Shown piece after piece: positions 29,281 through 39,503 of a stretch of 48,718 bases of DNA. A model generated the notes under the pieces. It saw nothing but the letters and a program-made list of their open reading frames with translations. It was not told where the DNA came from and searched no databases. This stretch comes from Promethearchaeia archaeon. GTDB taxonomy: Archaea > Asgardarchaeota > Lokiarchaeia > Sigyniarchaeales > SOKP01. Position numbers and translations under genes: made by a program. Positions within the stretch are counted from its first letter, which is position 1, and each line of letters starts with the position of its first letter. The DNA lies in contig JAHQWI010000057.1 of assembly GCA_029856085.1 (NCBI GenBank), forward strand, positions 1 through 48,718. The letters run 5' to 3'.

Positions 29281-30048
29281 ATGCAAAATCAAAAGGACCA
29301 AGAAAACAAAGAACCACTTGTAGAGATACTAAAAATCTCAAGTTTGGCAAACGGGAAGAATGTATCAGAGAGGAGAGATGCAAAGTATAAGAAAATTTTA
29401 GAATATGCAATTCAGATTATACGAGAGCATGGTGTAGGTAACCTCACTTTACAGGCCGTAGCAAAAAGAATGAAGATAAAGCGTACCGCATTATATAGAT
29501 ACTTTATTTCGGTAAGAGAGTTATGGATTGCTATTCAAATAGATTTTCAAAATGATATAAATAATCTACTGCAAGATATGATCATTAAACATGATGGAAC
29601 ATATACTAATTTAGTTTTTAAACTATATACGTTCTATTATTCTTGGATTACAAAGGATTTGGTTAGATATACTGTACTTCATGATAAATATGCACCAGGT
29701 GCAAATAAATTAGGACCTATTGAAAAACGGTACAAACCATTTGATTTTTTCATATTCTTTAGATATTCAATCAAAAAGGGGATCGAGAATAATGAATTTA
29801 GAAGAGATTTAGATATAGGTTTTTGGATTTTTACTCTATGGTTCAAAATTTATGGATTAATTCACTCTACAATTTTCTTTATCGTTGATCCAGATATGTA
29901 TTTTAATCCTAATTATCAAGTTTCTGAAATGACATGGGTTAAAGACTTTAAAACTCTAAAGGATGCATTTCCTACTGTTACGAACGAGCGTTTACATGAT
30001 TATGTAGAAGATTTAATAAAAAAAGCCATAGATAAAATAAAGATCTAA
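29281..30048 (+). CDS. TetR/AcrR family transcriptional regulator
   Basis: KILEYAIQIIREHGVGNLTLQAVAKRMKIKRTALYRYF HTH; GIENNEFRRDLD. Confidence 0.92.
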   Translation: MQNQKDQENKEPLVEILKISSLANGKNVSERRDAKYKKILEYAIQIIREHGVGNLTLQAVAKRMKIKRTALYRYFISVRELWIAIQIDFQNDINNLLQDMIIKHDGTYTNLVFKLYTFYYSWITKDLVRYTVLHDKYAPGANKLGPIEKRYKPFDFFIFFRYSIKKGIENNEFRRDLDIGFWIFTLWFKIYGLIHSTIFFIVDPDMYFNPNYQVSEMTWVKDFKTLKDAFPTVTNERLHDYVEDLIKKAIDKIKI

Positions 30049-30131
30049 TTAATTGAGATTAATTTTTATATTATATCTTTTATATCTGAACTAATAATCA
30101 AATTTGTTGAAAAGAGAATGATAAAAAATAA

Positions 30132-30992
30132 ATGAGACTTTGGGATTATCATACACATAATTCACGGTGCAATCACGCACAAGGTTCAATCATTGATTAC
30201 GTAAAATCGGCAATAAATAATTACTTCATTGAACTTGGTGTAAGTGATCATGCACCAGGAGATATACTCCCAATTTTACCACAATATGAAAAATATAAAA
30301 AATATACAATGTCTATGAAAGATTTTCATGAGTATTTTAAAGAAGTAGAAATTTTACAAGAAAAATTCAAAAATCAAATCAATATTCGATTTTCTACTGA
30401 AATTAATTTTAACTCTTTAAATGCATTAAAAACTCAGAAAAAAGCTCTTAAACCTTATTTAGATAAATTTGATTATATTATAGGAGCGGTCCATAATATA
30501 TATTGGGAAGGAGTGGATTCTTGGAGTATTAACATTCCCTATCAATCAACTCCCGTATTAGAGAAATATGGTGCAAATAAAATTAACTTACAATATTATA
30601 AAATGCTTAAACAGATGGTTAAATCGGATTTTATTGATATTGTTGCTCATTTTGATAATATTAAATACTTGTATCGTCCTAATGAACCAAATTATACGGA
30701 TGAAGTATGGCAAATTATTTACGATGTAATGGATTTAATTGAAAAAAACGGAAAAGTTGTTGAAATTAATACATCAGGAATACTTAAAGGCCTTTCAAAT
30801 CCTTTTCCTGGTGATGATATTGTTAAAGAACTGATACAACGGAAAATTCCTTTAACTCTTGGTTCAGATGCCCATAAACCAGAACATGTGGGATTTATGT
30901 TTAAAGATTTCATTAAAAAGGCTAAAAAATGGGATTTAAAATATCTATGTCTTTTTAATAAAAGAGAACTACATCCGGTTAAAATAACTTAA
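30132..30992 (+). CDS. PHP-family phosphatase (HisJ/HisK histidinol-phosphatase-like)
   Basis: DYHTH..RCNHA, SDH, DYIIGAVH, IVAHFD, EINTSG, LGSDAH. Confidence 0.88.
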   Translation: MRLWDYHTHNSRCNHAQGSIIDYVKSAINNYFIELGVSDHAPGDILPILPQYEKYKKYTMSMKDFHEYFKEVEILQEKFKNQINIRFSTEINFNSLNALKTQKKALKPYLDKFDYIIGAVHNIYWEGVDSWSINIPYQSTPVLEKYGANKINLQYYKMLKQMVKSDFIDIVAHFDNIKYLYRPNEPNYTDEVWQIIYDVMDLIEKNGKVVEINTSGILKGLSNPFPGDDIVKELIQRKIPLTLGSDAHKPEHVGFMFKDFIKKAKKWDLKYLCLFNKRELHPVKIT

Positions 30993-31032
30993 TATGTTTG
31001 AATATAAAAAAAATCATTGAGCTGAGCAAGTT

Positions 31033-31920
31033 ATGAGATTAGGTGCATTTCCTTCTAATAATTTAACTTTACCAAATGCAGTTCAAAAAAATAAGAATGG
31101 CTTTGAAGAATTAAATTTAGAAAAAGTTAAAATGGATTATTTAGTCTGCCAAACAATTAAAGAAGGTTTTACCTTGATGGAATTATCGATTCCTTTAATG
31201 TATCCTGGAGCTATTACTCCAAAAATTGTAGACTCTCTTAACAAATTGAAAAAGGAACATAATCTAACTTATAACATTCACCTTCCATTTCTAGGTCTTG
31301 AACCAACAAGTATCAATAAATACATTCATAAAGCGACTGTAGAATGTTGTGTTGAAGCAATTGAATTGACTAAATCTTTGGATCCAGAAGTATATATTAT
31401 GCATATATCAGGAGGACTCGCTCCTCTGTTCATTAGCTCGAATGTTAACCAAGTGATTCGAGGATATTTTTTAAAAATCTTTACAGAAAATTCATCACAG
31501 ACTGTTGGTGAAATTATCGATCTATCAGGTATCCCAGCAAAGAAATTTGCAATCGAGAATATTAATTTTCCCTTTGAGTTTACATTAGAAATTATTGAAG
31601 AAAATAATACATCGATTTGTATTGATACTGGTCATTTACTTGCTGGTTTTTCGGGGGAATATGACTTATTAGAAGTCATTAAAGAGCATTATGAAAAAAT
31701 AGTAGATATACACTTGCATGATTGTTTTTTGGAACCAAAATCTAAAAGACCATTAGATCATCAAGCGTTAGGAACAGGACTATTTTCACCAGAAATCCTT
31801 TCATATTTAGAGAAAAGAGGATTTTCTGCCCCAGTTATGCTTGAAATGAATTTACTTCAAGCATCAGAAAGTCTGAGATGGATTAAAAAAAATTGTCCCA
31901 AGATTGATATTAAATTATAA
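31033..31920 (+). CDS. Xylose-isomerase-like TIM barrel (AP endonuclease 2 superfamily; possibly CbiR-like phosphodiesterase)
   Basis: IHLP, AIEN, CIDTGH, IHLHD, DHQALG, LE motifs. Confidence 0.78.
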   Translation: MRLGAFPSNNLTLPNAVQKNKNGFEELNLEKVKMDYLVCQTIKEGFTLMELSIPLMYPGAITPKIVDSLNKLKKEHNLTYNIHLPFLGLEPTSINKYIHKATVECCVEAIELTKSLDPEVYIMHISGGLAPLFISSNVNQVIRGYFLKIFTENSSQTVGEIIDLSGIPAKKFAIENINFPFEFTLEIIEENNTSICIDTGHLLAGFSGEYDLLEVIKEHYEKIVDIHLHDCFLEPKSKRPLDHQALGTGLFSPEILSYLEKRGFSAPVMLEMNLLQASESLRWIKKNCPKIDIKL

Positions 31921-31948
31921 AAACTGGATTTTTAGAAAAAAAAGAAGA

Positions 31949-32660
31949 TCAGGAATTTTTTGGCATATCTCTAGGAATCTTCAATTTCCAGTTTGGTTTT
32001 CTTTTTTTGAGAAAGGATATTACTCCTTCGCGCGCATCTTCCTGTTCTCCCATCCATCAAAAATATTTATTATTAATTTTTTCAGCTTCAAGGATATCTG
32101 TTTCCAATAAAAATTGATAAAGCATTTTCTTTGTGAGTGCAACGCTCACTGGTGCACATAATAAGACTTCTTCAGCAATTTTGTGGGCGGTTTCCTTTAA
32201 TTTATCATCTGGAACTACCTTGCTAACAAGTACAAACTCCAATGCTTCTTTTGCATTAATAATCCGATCCGTATACATTAATTCAGCTACTCGACTAATG
32301 CCTATTATTCTCGGCAAGAGCCATGGACTGGCTATTTCGGGAATTACTCCCCTTCGATTGAAGACAATTCCAATCCGTGCACTTTCGGATGCAATCCGAA
32401 TATCAAAAGGTAAAATCATGGTGATTCCTGTTCCAATAGCAGGTCCGTTAATTGCGACAATTACTGGTTTTTTCAACTTTAGATATTTTTCAATGTTACT
32501 ACTTTGTGTTTTTTCATTAGTTTCTTTTCGTTGTGGACGATTCTTTCCAGAGAAGGTGCTCTTACCACCAACTGAAAGGTCTGCACCTGCACAAAAACCT
32601 CTACCTGCTCCTGTAAGAATTATGACTCTCATTTCTGGATCATTTTCAACTTCCATTATT
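31949..32660 (-). pseudogene. Enoyl-CoA hydratase pseudogene, close paralog of 11530..12354
   Basis: Lacks the first ~43 codons; TGA at 32057-32059 where the paralog has Trp; frame continues WMGEQEDAREGVISFLKKRKPNWKLKIPRDMPKNS*. Confidence 0.88.
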
Positions 32661-32726
32661 GGTTAATAGAGAGATAAAAAAATGTGAATTCCAAAATTTA
32701 CGTCTTTAGGAAAAAGTGATATTCTA

Positions 32727-33587
32727 TTAAAGTACTTCTTTGATTAACTTTGGCACATCCCAAGGAGTATTAGCAATTGAGGCTCCTGCTCCTGTGAGAG
32801 CTCTAATTTTACCTTGTGCGGTGCCAAAATCACCTGAAATGATTGCACCCGCATGACCCATCCTTTTACCTTCTGGAGCGCTTCTTCCGGCTATATATAC
32901 CACGACAGGTTTATCAATATGATGTTTTATAAATTCAGCTGTTTTTTCTTCTTCATTGCTACCAATTTCGCCAATTAGAACGATAAGTTTGCTGTTAAGA
33001 TCGTTTGAATAATATTCAACAGCCTCTATCATTGTTGTACCACGAACAGGATCTCCTCCAATTCCGATATAGGCTGATACTCCAATTCCTGCATTTCCAA
33101 TTGATTTTGTAATTTCATAGGACAATGTACCGCTTTTTGAGATAACCGCTACATTTCCATAATTGCACATGTCACCTGGCATTATCCCTAATTTTATTTT
33201 ATCTGGTATCAACATACCTGGGCAATTTGGCCCTACAATATGTAGTTTTCGCTCATGAGCCATCTCACTTAATTGAATCATGTCAAAAACAGGAACATTT
33301 TCAGTTATAATACAGGTCATATTAATTCCAGCAAGTAAGCTTTCTTTTACCGCATTAAAAGTAAACTGTGCTGGAACAAATACGATACTCGTATCACAAC
33401 CCGTTGTTTCAATTGCTTCATTGATACTATTAAACACGGGAATGCCATTAACAGCTTGACCTCCCTTTTTAGGAGTAACTCCTGCTACAATATTGCTTCC
33501 ATAGTCTAGCATTAGGCGAGTATGGAACTTACCTTGGCTTCCAGTAATACCTTGAACTACTACCTTGGATTTTTCACTGATGTACAT
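32727..33587 (-). CDS. sucD: Succinyl-CoA synthetase alpha subunit
   Basis: [47 protein letters not shown]. Confidence 0.96.
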   Translation of the reverse strand: MYISEKSKVVVQGITGSQGKFHTRLMLDYGSNIVAGVTPKKGGQAVNGIPVFNSINEAIETTGCDTSIVFVPAQFTFNAVKESLLAGINMTCIITENVPVFDMIQLSEMAHERKLHIVGPNCPGMLIPDKIKLGIMPGDMCNYGNVAVISKSGTLSYEITKSIGNAGIGVSAYIGIGGDPVRGTTMIEAVEYYSNDLNSKLIVLIGEIGSNEEEKTAEFIKHHIDKPVVVYIAGRSAPEGKRMGHAGAIISGDFGTAQGKIRALTGAGASIANTPWDVPKLIKEVL

Positions 33588-33588
33588 C

Positions 33589-34713
33589 TTATCCCCCTAC
33601 AACCTCCTTTACCTTTTGTACTGCATCCATTACATTTTGAAAAGCCGTAATTCCAGCATTGCTAAGGAGGGAAATTCCTTTTTTATCGTTTGTGCCAGTT
33701 AATCTTATTACCATCGGTGGTGTATCTTTAAAATCTTCTAATGCTTGAATTATTGCTTCTGCAACTACATCACAACGAGTAATTCCACCATAAATATTTA
33801 CTAAAACAGCTTTTAGGTTCATTTTAAGTAGCAATTCTAATGCTTTATATACCCGTTCTTTACTTGCTCCACCACCAACATCTAAAAAATTTGCAGGTTT
33901 TAATCCTAATTCTGATAGAACATCCAATAATGCCATTGTCAATCCAGCTCCGTTTGCTAAAATACCGATTTCACCAGAGAGCTCTACAAATGAAAATCCA
34001 GCTTCTTTTGCTAATTTTTCTAGCTGTGAAAGTTTTTTGTTTTGTAACTCTTGAACGATTGGTTGTCGAAATGCTGTATCATCATCTAATATTATTTTAC
34101 CATCAACTGCTACTAATCCAGAAGGAGTAAGAACTAACGGATTTATCTCTACAAGCTGTGCTTCAACGCCTTTAGTAATTTCCCATAATTTTTTAAATAA
34201 ACTTATTGCCGAATCCAAGAGCTCTCCTGTAAATCCTAACTGTTTTGAAACTTTGATAGCGAGATCTTCTGATAAGCCTTCACTTAAAGTAAAACTTTCC
34301 TTTATTATTGCTTCAGGATTAGTTTTAGATACTTCTTCAATGTCAATCCCCCCTTCTTTACTTGCAATAATGAAAAATTGTCTTCCTGACGCATCTAAAG
34401 CGATTGAGCAATAATATTCATGGTCAATTTGAGCTAACTCTTCTATAAGAATAGCTTCTACATGGAATCCCGCAACTTCCCTACTAAAAAATTCTTTACA
34501 AAGTGATATTGCTTCCTCTTTAGAATTGACTATTTTTATTAATCCTGCTTTTTTTCTGCTCCCAATTGCAATTTGAGATTTAATAATTGCAGGAAATGTG
34601 AATTGCTTTGCTTTTTCTTCTATATTTTCCCCTTTTTCAATAATAATATTCTTCGCTAATGGAATGTCATATCTGCTGAAAATTTTTTTACTTTCATATT
34701 CAAGTAATCGAAT
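33589..34713 (-). CDS. sucC: Succinyl-CoA synthetase beta subunit, full length with putative ATT start
   Basis: Open frame of 374 codons from ATT-CGA-TTA-CTT-GAA-TAT-GAA ((M)RLLEYESK); KSQ..GSRKKAG, EGGIDIEE, EINPL, NGAGL, PANFLDVGGG. Confidence 0.9.
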   Translation of the reverse strand: MRLLEYESKKIFSRYDIPLAKNIIIEKGENIEEKAKQFTFPAIIKSQIAIGSRKKAGLIKIVNSKEEAISLCKEFFSREVAGFHVEAILIEELAQIDHEYYCSIALDASGRQFFIIASKEGGIDIEEVSKTNPEAIIKESFTLSEGLSEDLAIKVSKQLGFTGELLDSAISLFKKLWEITKGVEAQLVEINPLVLTPSGLVAVDGKIILDDDTAFRQPIVQELQNKKLSQLEKLAKEAGFSFVELSGEIGILANGAGLTMALLDVLSELGLKPANFLDVGGGASKERVYKALELLLKMNLKAVLVNIYGGITRCDVVAEAIIQALEDFKDTPPMVIRLTGTNDKKGISLLSNAGITAFQNVMDAVQKVKEVVGG

Positions 34714-34720
34714 AAATTAT

Positions 34721-34727
34721 CCCTCCT
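34721..34727 (-). promoter_or_regulatory. Shine-Dalgarno AGGAGGG for sucC
   Basis: 7 nt upstream of the ATT at 34713. Confidence 0.65.
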
Positions 34728-34913
34728 TTTTGTTTAGCTTACTAGCAGCAATCAAATCCCAAATTAATATGAAACTCATTTATTTATTAATAAAATTTTT
34801 TCTAATAATCTATAAAATAAATGTCGGAATTTAGTTGGGCTCTGCTTCTTTATTGTAGTTTTTTGGAATACTTTAATATATAATAAAGTGAAATGAATAA
34901 TTACAAGTAAATT

Positions 34914-36338
34914 TTGTTGAATATTAAAATGAATCCATCCATTGAAGCCCAAAAATCAGATAATGCTTCTACAACGAAAATGATTACGTTTTCTATGGGA
35001 TATTTTCTCAATATTTTTATTATGGTAGCTTTCAATTCTTATGTCTGGACTTTTTATGAGGTAGAACTTGGCTTGATGGGTATCGTATCGCTATGGCCAA
35101 TATACATGGCAATCGCGAATGTGATATATACAATATGGAGTATGATATCTAATCCTCTTTTAGGATATTTTACAGATAAACCCCTTAGATGGACAAAGAA
35201 AAGGGGTTTTCACACCCCTTGGATCATCATTGGGGGAATTCCAACTATAATATTTTTTTTCCTGCTTTTCACACCACCAAAAGTAACAGGAGTGGAAAGT
35301 GTTATCCCAATTTTAGTTTATTATATATTGATAGTGTGTCTATTTGACACATTTTATTCACTCCTTCAAACACATTCTTTTGGGGCTTTTGCTGCGCACT
35401 TTAGGGGTGATAAGGAGCGTGTGAAAGCAGGATTTTCAACTCAAATCTTTACATTTATAGCAAATTTTTTAGCAATCGCAATCTGGTCGCAAATGATTGA
35501 TACTGAAAATATTAGATCATTTACAATTGCGGCATTGGTAAGTGTAATACTCTTAAGTATTTCTTTAATTATTTTTATTCCGGGATCAAGAGAATCTGAC
35601 GAAATAAAAGAACGATTCATTGTAGGATATGAGAATGCAGAGAAAATTCCTTTTTTCAAAACCATGAAAATTGCAATAAAGCAAAAAAATTTCATGTTAG
35701 TACTGTTTACATACATATTATTTATGATAGCAATGGGTTTAGTAAGTATGAATTCATTTAATTTCGTTGATGACGTTTTGCAAGCAGAACAGAAGATTAG
35801 AACCATTGAGTCAACCTTAATGCTTGTTTCTTCTCTATTAACAATGCCGATATGGTTCCGTGTAGTTAAAAAAATTGGACATTCTGCCATGTATTCACTA
35901 GGATTAACTATTTTTGGATTCAGTGTATTATTTAATTTGTTTATTGTAAATGTATTCCAATTCTTTCTAATCGCAATTTTTAGAGGTGCTGCGATTGCAA
36001 TGTTTTTGATAATGTTATCACCTCTATTTGCTGACTGTTATGATGAGATTGCTGTAAAAACTCAAAAACATCAGCAGGCCACATTATTAGGAATTAGAAA
36101 TTTATTCCTTAAAATTTCTGTAACAATTCAAAGCTTAATCATAGCATTTATACACATTATTACTGCTTATGAACCTATTAATCCAAGTGGAGAGGCATTA
36201 TTTGGTCTTCGCTTAATCCAAGGTCTATTCCCATTTATATTTTGTATAATAGGAGCTTTGATTTTTTATAAGTGGTTTGATTTAAAAGGAAATAAAAAAC
36301 AAGAAATCATGCAAAAATTGCATGAAATGGGATTATGA
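34914..36338 (+). CDS. MFS transporter, GPH (MelB-like) family
   Basis: About 12 TM; WSMISNPLLGYFTD...WTKKRG..PW, ADCYDE motifs. Confidence 0.88.
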   Translation: MLNIKMNPSIEAQKSDNASTTKMITFSMGYFLNIFIMVAFNSYVWTFYEVELGLMGIVSLWPIYMAIANVIYTIWSMISNPLLGYFTDKPLRWTKKRGFHTPWIIIGGIPTIIFFFLLFTPPKVTGVESVIPILVYYILIVCLFDTFYSLLQTHSFGAFAAHFRGDKERVKAGFSTQIFTFIANFLAIAIWSQMIDTENIRSFTIAALVSVILLSISLIIFIPGSRESDEIKERFIVGYENAEKIPFFKTMKIAIKQKNFMLVLFTYILFMIAMGLVSMNSFNFVDDVLQAEQKIRTIESTLMLVSSLLTMPIWFRVVKKIGHSAMYSLGLTIFGFSVLFNLFIVNVFQFFLIAIFRGAAIAMFLIMLSPLFADCYDEIAVKTQKHQQATLLGIRNLFLKISVTIQSLIIAFIHIITAYEPINPSGEALFGLRLIQGLFPFIFCIIGALIFYKWFDLKGNKKQEIMQKLHEMGL

Positions 36339-36426
36339 GTGCAAATTATCAATTTCCTATTATTTGTCTTATAAGTTTATTTTTTTCTTTTCAACTACTT
36401 ACAGAAATATTTCTTATTAAGAATCC

Positions 36427-37248
36427 TTAATTTTCTAATCCCTTTATCTTAAGCGGTGGTCGCGGGACTGTTCTTCGATATTTCACAGCAGGATAACCCA
36501 ATGTGAAGGCCCCTAGTACCATTCCCTTTATTCCTAAAATATTTAAAATCTCCCTATTCATGGGAACAGCTCCTTGAATCATTCCAATCCAACAAGTTCC
36601 AAGACCAAGACTTTCAGCTGCTAGCATCCCATAAGTTAAAGCAATTCCAGCATCATTTGCCCGTAATCCAATCATCACTGTGTTTTTTTCAACAACCCTA
36701 TAATATAGTACAATTACATGAGGGGCATTGTAAAAAATACTTCGACCTATAGATTTGAAATATTTGAGTGCTTGTTCACTTGATTGAAATCCCATATATT
36801 CGTATTGAGTTTTTACTATTTCATTGCTCAATGCTTCGATTTTTTCAGGATCAGATAAAATTACATATCGCCACTTTCGGGCATTAGAAGCGCTTGGAGC
36901 ATATCTCATTGCATCAAAAACTTTTTCGATTAATTCCTTAGGAACTTTTTTATTTTTATAAAGTCTTATTGATCGTTTTGCGCGTATGAGTTTATAAATC
37001 TTGTCGAAATCTACAATACTTTCTGGAGAATCTATTCCTGGAAAAGTCTCAACATCATCTAGATCCTTTGTAATAATCGCATCTTCAGGACAAATTGCTA
37101 TGCAATGTCCACAGATATTACATGTATTTAGACTTTCATTGAAAACTACTTCTTTATCTTTATTAACAGAAAAATAAGCACGACCACACTCTTGGATACA
37201 GAGCTTACAATTTGTACATTTTTCTTTATCAATACCGATTACTGACAT
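36427..37248 (-). CDS. Nitroreductase with N-terminal 2[4Fe-4S] ferredoxin
   Basis: CTNCKLCIQEC, CNICGHCIAICP, KRSIRLY, APSASN, LGLGTCWIG, LGYP. Confidence 0.93.
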   Translation of the reverse strand: MSVIGIDKEKCTNCKLCIQECGRAYFSVNKDKEVVFNESLNTCNICGHCIAICPEDAIITKDLDDVETFPGIDSPESIVDFDKIYKLIRAKRSIRLYKNKKVPKELIEKVFDAMRYAPSASNARKWRYVILSDPEKIEALSNEIVKTQYEYMGFQSSEQALKYFKSIGRSIFYNAPHVIVLYYRVVEKNTVMIGLRANDAGIALTYGMLAAESLGLGTCWIGMIQGAVPMNREILNILGIKGMVLGAFTLGYPAVKYRRTVPRPPLKIKGLEN

Positions 37249-37334
37249 GTTAGTTAACCTTAATGTGAATAATTTATTCTTTTTTTAAGAAAATTAAGGG
37301 TAATTTATAAAAAATTGGCTAATTATTAGCAAAT

Positions 37335-37493
37335 TTAATTATTAACCGGAGATTTGATTTTAATACAAACATCAATATCTAGAGTTGTTCTTGCAACATT
37401 ATAAGCAGGAAGAGCTAACCCTCCGATTATAACAGTCGTAATCTTATAGTGAGATGCAACATCTAAGATAATTTGGAGTATATTACTTATCAA
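37335..37493 (-). pseudogene. Truncated nucleotidyltransferase (MenT/DUF6036-like)
   Basis: 52 codons from TTG: ...VIIGGLALPAYNVARTTLDIDVCI.. then stop; same GG...RxTxDxD motif as 40305..40886. Confidence 0.8.
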
Positions 37494-37644
37494 CTTCAAT
37501 CAACCTAAGCATATCCTTGAAAATTTGTTCTGGAGTTTTGCCTCTTTCAATTAGGCGTTGAAATTCATCTACTTTTTTATATGCTCGTTCTATATCTGCA
37601 AGAGTAATATGAATAGGGGCTCTTTTTTCTTTTTCCGGTCTCAT
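37483..37644 (-). CDS. Small 53-aa protein, putative antitoxin
   Basis: MRPEKEKRAPIHITLADIERAYKKVDEFQRLIERGKTPEQIFKDMLRLIEVDK; overlaps the NTase start by 11 nt; below the ORF-track cutoff. Confidence 0.65.
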   Translation of the reverse strand: MRPEKEKRAPIHITLADIERAYKKVDEFQRLIERGKTPEQIFKDMLRLIEVDK

Positions 37645-37790
37645 TTTTTTCTAAGAAACAAATGTTTTTAGTTTCATTTATAATTTTATGTTGTTTAAAC
37701 CTATAAATTTATTCTCCCTATTTCCAATAAGTGTATTTTATATCTTATTAGTAAAATGTTTTTATTCAATACAATAAAATATGATATTTA

Positions 37791-39503
37791 ATGAGAGTAG
37801 AAGAATTTGATGTTTTGATAGTTGGAGCAGGTCTTAGTGGTTTAAGAGCTGGTTTAGAACTCTCAAAAAAATGGAATATCGCAGTAATTAGTAAAGTTTA
37901 TCCTGTTAGATCCCATTCGGGTGCAGCTCAGGGTGGTATTAATGCCGCTTTGAGTAATTTAGAGGAAGGAAAGGGTGATACACCCAAAGCTCATGCATTT
38001 GATACAGTTAAAGGCTCTGATTATCTTGCAGATCAAGATGTTGTTATGTTTATGTGTGAAGAAGCCCCAAAGATTGTTGTTGAGTTTGAAAGTATGGGTG
38101 CTCCTTTTTCCCGATTGGATTCAGGTCTAATTGCACAGCGACCCTTTGGAGGAGCAGGTTTTCCACGTACATGTTATGCGGGTGATAGAACAGGTCATGC
38201 TTTACTTCACACACTCAATGAACAATCTATTCATAATGGGTTGAATTTTTTTAATGAATACTTTTTAGTAGATCTTTTTAAAGCTGATAGGAGAATCGCA
38301 GGATTAATTGCCCTTGATATTGCTAAGGGTGAATTAGTGTCATTTCGAGCACCATATGTTATATTAGCAACTGGAGGGTTCGGACGTATTTTCAAATTCT
38401 CTACTAATGCTGTTATCAATACAGGTGATGGTGTTGGAGCTGCATTTCGAGCCGGGATCCCTATGCAAGATGTTGAATTTGTTCAATTTCATCCAACAAC
38501 TTTATTTGGGACAAATATTTTAATAACCGAGGGCGCTCGAGGTGAAGGTGGATATTTATTTAATAATAAAAATGAACGTTTTATGGAAAAGACCGCACCA
38601 AAAGCTATGGAACTCGCCCCACGTGATATTGTAGCACGTTCAATTGAAACAGAAATTATTGAAGAAAGAGGATTTGAAAATTCATACGTTCATTTAGATC
38701 TTACTCATTTAGGTGCTGAGAGAATTAAGGAGAGACTTCCTGGTATTAGAGAGATTAGTATGTCTTTTGCGGGGATTGACCCAATTGAAGAACCAATCCC
38801 TGTACAACCTGGTCAGCATTATTCAATGGGTGGAATTGGAACTAAATTCGATGGGGAATATGGGGAAACAGATCTATCAGGACTTTATACTATTGGTGAA
38901 TGTTCTTGTTTATCTGTTCATGGTGCTAATCGATTAGGTGGTAACTCGTTATTAGAAACTGCAGTATTTGGGAGACATATAGGAAGAAAATTACTTAAAA
39001 AAGGATTACCTAATAAGTCATCATTAAGCGAAATTCAGATTGCTGAAGAAAGGGCAATCGATAATATCGAAAGATTATTTAAGAGCTGGAATGAAAATAC
39101 TGGTAAAAAACCCGTAGAGATTAGAAATGAAATGGGAGAGACTCTGAATAGGAATGTAGGCGTCTATAGAACTGATAAGGATCTTAAGAAAGCGACCACA
39201 ACCCTTCTAAGATTACAAAAAGAATTCTTAAACACACAAGTTTCAACAGAAGATAGAAGTTTTAATTATGGACTAATCCGAACTTTAGAACTTAGAAGTA
39301 TGTTAGATATTGCAGAAGCAACTGCTTATGCCTCATTATGGAGGAAAGAGAGTAGAGGCGCTCATTTCCGTATTGATCACCCTACGAGAAATGATGATAA
39401 ATATCTCGTGCATACAATGATTTATAGCGTAAAAGATGAGTTGGAGATAAAGACAAAACCAGTTAAATTAGGAATATTTGAGATTAAGGAGAGGAAATAC
39501 TAA
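37791..39503 (+). CDS. sdhA: Succinate dehydrogenase/fumarate reductase flavoprotein
   Basis: [16 protein letters not shown] (covalent FAD His), [37 protein letters not shown]. Confidence 0.95.
   Translation: MRVEEFDVLIVGAGLSGLRAGLELSKKWNIAVISKVYPVRSHSGAAQGGINAALSNLEEGKGDTPKAHAFDTVKGSDYLADQDVVMFMCEEAPKIVVEFESMGAPFSRLDSGLIAQRPFGGAGFPRTCYAGDRTGHALLHTLNEQSIHNGLNFFNEYFLVDLFKADRRIAGLIALDIAKGELVSFRAPYVILATGGFGRIFKFSTNAVINTGDGVGAAFRAGIPMQDVEFVQFHPTTLFGTNILITEGARGEGGYLFNNKNERFMEKTAPKAMELAPRDIVARSIETEIIEERGFENSYVHLDLTHLGAERIKERLPGIREISMSFAGIDPIEEPIPVQPGQHYSMGGIGTKFDGEYGETDLSGLYTIGECSCLSVHGANRLGGNSLLETAVFGRHIGRKLLKKGLPNKSSLSEIQIAEERAIDNIERLFKSWNENTGKKPVEIRNEMGETLNRNVGVYRTDKDLKKATTTLLRLQKEFLNTQVSTEDRSFNYGLIRTLELRSMLDIAEATAYASLWRKESRGAHFRIDHPTRNDDKYLVHTMIYSVKDELEIKTKPVKLGIFEIKERKY

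Noticed and set aside
14708-32059. In-frame TGA codons (14708, 32057) as selenocysteine or Trp recoding
   Set aside because: They fall at Gly/Trp positions in genes that are also truncated, and TGA is a normal stop elsewhere (7931, 20858, 21878, 36338)
33589-34218. sucC as a truncated 209-aa gene
   Set aside because: The frame is open and SucC-like up to 34713; the short call is an artefact of allowed start codons
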